From an uncultured archaeon (GTDB lineage Archaea; Asgardarchaeota; Thorarchaeia; Thorarchaeales; Thorarchaeaceae): a stretch of 29,780 nucleotides of DNA. The notes under the pieces were generated by a model. The model did no database searches. It had not been told where the DNA came from and saw nothing but the letters and a program-made list of their open reading frames with translations. The DNA is taken from positions 1 through 29,780 of the forward strand of contig CAZSWP010000019.1 of assembly GCA_964610875.1 (NCBI GenBank). Reading direction: 5' to 3'. The position numbers and the translations under genes were made by a program. Numbering within the stretch: position 1 is the first letter of the stretch; every line of letters begins with the position of its first letter. Below, piece by piece: positions 26,014 through 29,780 of this stretch.

Positions 26014-27237
26014 ATGACAGGTTATGAACATATTTTCAAAAAAACATTAAATGCTCGTGATGTTCTCAAAGGAATTATTCATATTACTCGTTTGGATCCG
26101 TCTTCCACATTCAGTCGTCTTACTGGAGGCAATGTATACCTAAAGGAGGAGAATCTCCAGAAAACAGGTTCATTCAAAGTTCGTGGTGCTGCGTATGCCA
26201 TGTCACAACTCACTGATAATGAGAAAGAGGTCGGAGTGATTGCTGCATCAGCTGGCAATCATGCTCAGGGTGTCGCTTATGCTGCGACAAGATTAGGACT
26301 AAAATCGACAATAGTCATGCCTGTCTTTTCACCAATTGCGAAAATTCAAGCTACACAGTCTTATGGGGCAGATGTTGTCCTCTATGGAGAAACATTTGAT
26401 GATGCATTATCTCATGCATTGGAAAGAGCTGATAAAACTGGGGCAACATTTCTGCACCCATTCAATGATGAAGATGTCATTGCTGGGCAGGGTACAATTG
26501 GCTTGGAAATACTTGATGAGCTTCCTGAAGTGGAAGTAGTTGCAGTACCTGTTGGAGGTGGAGGAATTTCTACTGGAATAGCTATTGCAATAAAGGAACA
26601 GAAACCTGATGTTGATATCTATGGTGTTGAAGCCAAAACGGCTGCTTCAATGCAGGCATCTTTCGAAGCTGGTGAATTAACTGCTCTATCGGATGCCGAT
26701 ACAATCTGTGATGGTATTGCGGTAAAGGCAGTGGGAAAGATTACATACAATATAGCTAAAGATGTGCTTACAGATGTAGTAACAGTTGAAGAACTAGAAG
26801 TCACAAGGACATTATTTCTGCTTCTTGAGCGTGCCAAAATAGTTGTGGAGCCAGCAGGATGTGTTGGTCTTACCGCATTTCAGAATGGTGCAATAGATAT
26901 CAAGGGCAAGATGGCAGTCGCTGTTTTATCTGGTGGTAATATCGATATGTCCTTCATGTCTCGCGTTATCGAAAAGGAGTTGTATCGTCTTGGTAGATCG
27001 GTACGATTACGGGGTATAATATCTGATCGTGTCGGAACACTCAATAAAGTAATAGAATTGGTTGCTGCTTCAGGCGTGAGTGTGATTGAAATCGACCAAG
27101 ACAGAAGTGACCCTGATATTCTACCTAATAAGACTGAACTAACAATGATACTTGAGGTACCAGATGAGTCCGCAGTAATAAGATTGCTGAAGATTCTCGA
27201 AGAACATGGATTCTCTTTCCAGATATTTGAGGATTAA
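26014..27237 (+). CDS. ilvA: Threonine ammonia-lyase (PLP) with C-terminal ACT domain
   Basis: KEENLQKTGSFKVRGA, ASAGNHAQGVA, HPFND..VIAGQGTIGLEI, PVGGGG, LSGGNID, C-terminal ACT (DRVGTL). ATG 26014 preferred. Could be the catabolic TdcB type. Confidence 0.93.
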   Translation: MTGYEHIFKKTLNARDVLKGIIHITRLDPSSTFSRLTGGNVYLKEENLQKTGSFKVRGAAYAMSQLTDNEKEVGVIAASAGNHAQGVAYAATRLGLKSTIVMPVFSPIAKIQATQSYGADVVLYGETFDDALSHALERADKTGATFLHPFNDEDVIAGQGTIGLEILDELPEVEVVAVPVGGGGISTGIAIAIKEQKPDVDIYGVEAKTAASMQASFEAGELTALSDADTICDGIAVKAVGKITYNIAKDVLTDVVTVEELEVTRTLFLLLERAKIVVEPAGCVGLTAFQNGAIDIKGKMAVAVLSGGNIDMSFMSRVIEKELYRLGRSVRLRGIISDRVGTLNKVIELVAASGVSVIEIDQDRSDPDILPNKTELTMILEVPDESAVIRLLKILEEHGFSFQIFED

Positions 27238-27239
27238 TT

Positions 27240-29066
27240 CTAAATCAAGGGGATACTTGAGATAGCGACCCATGCCCATATGAAAGCACTGACGAATATT
27301 GCTGGCCATGGATTATGAAATTCGATAGATGTCCACGCAATGAGAATAGTAGTAAGAGCTGAAACGATAAAGAATAGCATTAACAACAAACCTAGAAGCA
27401 CCATTGAGCCAACAATGAATCCCATTGCTGTTGTGACTGCAACAAGAATCACTGACCAGATTCCAGCAAATATAAGACGGAATGACACAGCTAACAGTAA
27501 TTTCTTTGTAAATTCATTATTGCCCCAATCCCGTTCAGCAGTCAAGAGACCTCTGATCCATGTTGTATCGGCAATATAGTATGGGATTGCAAATAACATG
27601 ATGATAATAGTGTTCGTGATTCTTGTCCCAACTGGATACCTGACCATTGAGAATACTATCCAAGGTTCCATTTGTTCTGGGAGTCCTCCGATAGCCATCC
27701 AACTAATGAGCCATGTTATTGTTAAGAGTGCTGGAATCAATCCTTTAACCAAGTCCTTAGCATATTCTAGCAATGGCTGTTTGACTATACCTGCAGATTC
27801 GTAGGCATTTAGTGTGTTTTCAATTCCAACACCAATTCTAAGAGTAATTGTAGTAAACGTTGTGAAAATAATGAAGAACAACACAAGTCCTGTAGCAAAC
27901 ATTGAGTTTGGCCAGTAAATATGTGCATTCTCAAAGTGGAATGTTATAGATGATGTAGCTCCAAAGATTAACACAAAGGCTGTACCAAGAACGGCACTAA
28001 TGATAGCGAGGTTTTTCAAAGGTTGTGCTGTTGTTTTGTTCTCGATTTTTCTTGGTTTTAGTTTCTCAGGAAGATGATTGATTACGATTAGCATGAAAGG
28101 TAGGCATGATGCAAGTAGGGCAAAGATTCCACTTGCCATCGCAAAGACTTTGTAGATAAATACTTGTTGTGACGGATCAAGAGTATGCTCTAGTTGTTCT
28201 GTGCCCTGAAGAGCGTTAATCATCCAGATTGTACTCTCACTAACTATTGTTCCATCAATTGCTTCAAACACATGGTCAGTTGGAGCAAAAGCCAATTTGT
28301 AAGCAGTCTGTTCAGTAAAGTTTCCATATGTTATCCCTGCAACAGCACTCTCATTTCCGGTAGCAATTCTCAAAGTTTCAATAGCATCTTCTGTTGATAT
28401 CATCTCATCATACTCGCCAATTGCAATCATGAAGTTGCCTGGAAATTCTGTAACTGCTCCCAAACCCATGTCGGCAACTGCACCAACTGCGACATATGCA
28501 CTTGGTGCCACTGGAAAATCTGCAAGCTGGATTGCTACTTGAAAACCAAGAGAATGTGTCAATACTCCATAAGTGTCATTGTCAACATTATATCTACCTT
28601 GAACAAATTCCAAAGCTGCATAGCAATCTTCAGCCATTGTCTGAAAATCAGTTATGTTGAACGAAAGCATGGAATCTCCATGACCTGGTAGATCCACAGA
28701 AACAACAGTGAGATTTCTTCTTGCCAATTCTATATTGAAGGAATACATGCCTTCTTTGGAACCTGCTACTCCATGTGTAGTTAGAACTACCGGCATTGGT
28801 TTCTCATAAGTGACGTACCGAGGGCGATACACTATGAATTCAACTGGTCTTCCTGGAAGTCGCTCGATGGAATGCCTATCAATAATCAAATCACCCAGTC
28901 CTCTGTCAACTGACCAAGAAAGATAGAGGGATGAAGCTATAACGATGGATAGTACGAGTAAGGTGAAATATTGTGTATTCCTATTCAAATGTATTCCCAC
29001 CGAGAACTGGCCGAATCGGTGATATAGTTGAGATAAAACATTCGGTATGACGTGCTCTGGGTCCAA
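27240..29066 (-). CDS. Polytopic membrane protein with extracellular alpha/beta-hydrolase domain
   Basis: N-terminal TM; HGVAGS oxyanion region, DLPGHG, nucleophile THSLG, Asp (YDEMI), His (TDHVFE); about 8 C-terminal TM helices. Confidence 0.85.
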   Translation of the reverse strand: MDPEHVIPNVLSQLYHRFGQFSVGIHLNRNTQYFTLLVLSIVIASSLYLSWSVDRGLGDLIIDRHSIERLPGRPVEFIVYRPRYVTYEKPMPVVLTTHGVAGSKEGMYSFNIELARRNLTVVSVDLPGHGDSMLSFNITDFQTMAEDCYAALEFVQGRYNVDNDTYGVLTHSLGFQVAIQLADFPVAPSAYVAVGAVADMGLGAVTEFPGNFMIAIGEYDEMISTEDAIETLRIATGNESAVAGITYGNFTEQTAYKLAFAPTDHVFEAIDGTIVSESTIWMINALQGTEQLEHTLDPSQQVFIYKVFAMASGIFALLASCLPFMLIVINHLPEKLKPRKIENKTTAQPLKNLAIISAVLGTAFVLIFGATSSITFHFENAHIYWPNSMFATGLVLFFIIFTTFTTITLRIGVGIENTLNAYESAGIVKQPLLEYAKDLVKGLIPALLTITWLISWMAIGGLPEQMEPWIVFSMVRYPVGTRITNTIIIMLFAIPYYIADTTWIRGLLTAERDWGNNEFTKKLLLAVSFRLIFAGIWSVILVAVTTAMGFIVGSMVLLGLLLMLFFIVSALTTILIAWTSIEFHNPWPAIFVSAFIWAWVAISSIPLI

Positions 29067-29280
29067 TGGATATCAGAAATATTTCGATGGTTTCTCTTTA
29101 TACTAACGGATGTGTTGTATAAACCGACAAAGTACAATGTGATTTATTGGTATCATATTGTAAAATCAGAGAATTGACTTTGGTTGCATCTCACATCCAT
29201 TTAGATCTAAACTGACCAATCCACGTGAATTTCGAAAAAGAATATATGAAGATAATCCTGTTTCAATTCAGTTGATAAAC

Positions 29281-29780
29281 ATGGGTAGTGATGAAATAAT
29301 TCAAAATATTTTCAATGAAGTTATGGAAGAAATCGAAGAAGAAATTGAAGATGGCTTTTCAGAGTTGATAACAAAGAAACGAATTGCCAAAACTGTTTCC
29401 AAAATTCAAGATGAAGTAAAAGGTGATGTTCTGAAAACCATTCAGAAAAAGTACTCGGATGATATGTCTGATGATGATAAGAGGTCTCTTGGTGAGAAAC
29501 TTGCCAAAATAATAACAAAAGAAGCAAGAAAGAATCTAGCATATGTTATTCGGTTGATTTCAGAAAAGTCGATGGAAGTTATCCAGGAGCTCGAATCTGA
29601 AGTAATTGATGAAGTCTTTGAAGAAACTGAGGAGAAAAAGGAAGAAGAAACAGAGGAAGAAGATAGAGATTCCGAAGAGGAAGAGGATGACGAAGAAGAG
29701 GAAGAAGATGAAGGGGATGAAGAAAAGGAAGAGGATACAGAAGAAGAGCTTGTTGATGTAGTAGAGGAAGAGGATAAAGA
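29281..29780 (+). CDS. Partial hypothetical helical protein with long Asp/Glu-rich tract
   Basis: Manual translation MGSDEIIQNIFNEVMEEIEEEIEDGFSELITKKRIAK..., open to the window end; absent from the ORF track. Confidence 0.85.
   Translation, partial: MGSDEIIQNIFNEVMEEIEEEIEDGFSELITKKRIAKTVSKIQDEVKGDVLKTIQKKYSDDMSDDDKRSLGEKLAKIITKEARKNLAYVIRLISEKSMEVIQELESEVIDEVFEETEEKKEEETEEEDRDSEEEEDDEEEEEDEGDEEKEEDTEEELVDVVEEEDK

Noticed and set aside
29321-29542. 73-aa minus-strand ORF
   Set aside because: Antisense to the plus-strand acidic protein, which has a much more protein-like composition.

Overview
AT-rich, gene-dense archaeal chromosomal segment. It most likely comes from an Asgard archaeon (Thorarchaeota-like); this is my inference from the archaeal-type ThrRS, GGTGA Shine-Dalgarno motifs and lineage-typical hypothetical families, not a database result. 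Content is mostly peptide/amino-acid and redox metabolism: an M29 aminopeptidase, an ArsB/NhaD-type transporter, a DinB protein, a Mo-bisPGD oxidoreductase, a 1092-aa GNAT multidomain protein, an SCP2 + VAO/PCMH-type flavoprotein + CCG Fe-S operon, an extended SDR, a polar amino-acid ABC transporter, two ferredoxin-type proteins, a class-I disulfide reductase, thrS, a lysine/saccharopine dehydrogenase, a threonine ammonia-lyase and a membrane alpha/beta hydrolase. I found no rRNA, tRNA, CRISPR array or transposase. The most notable items are: (1) a tandem pair of paralogous membrane proteins with a ubiquitin-like-looking domain and an identical GVEFYD C-terminus kept through synonymous codon changes; (2) a 2x[4Fe-4S] ferredoxin inserted inside domain IV of the molybdoenzyme; (3) the SCP2-linked oxidoreductase operon; (4) two intergenic hairpins with similar, apparently covarying stems; (5) three damaged genes (an orphan SBP C-terminus and two frameshifts).
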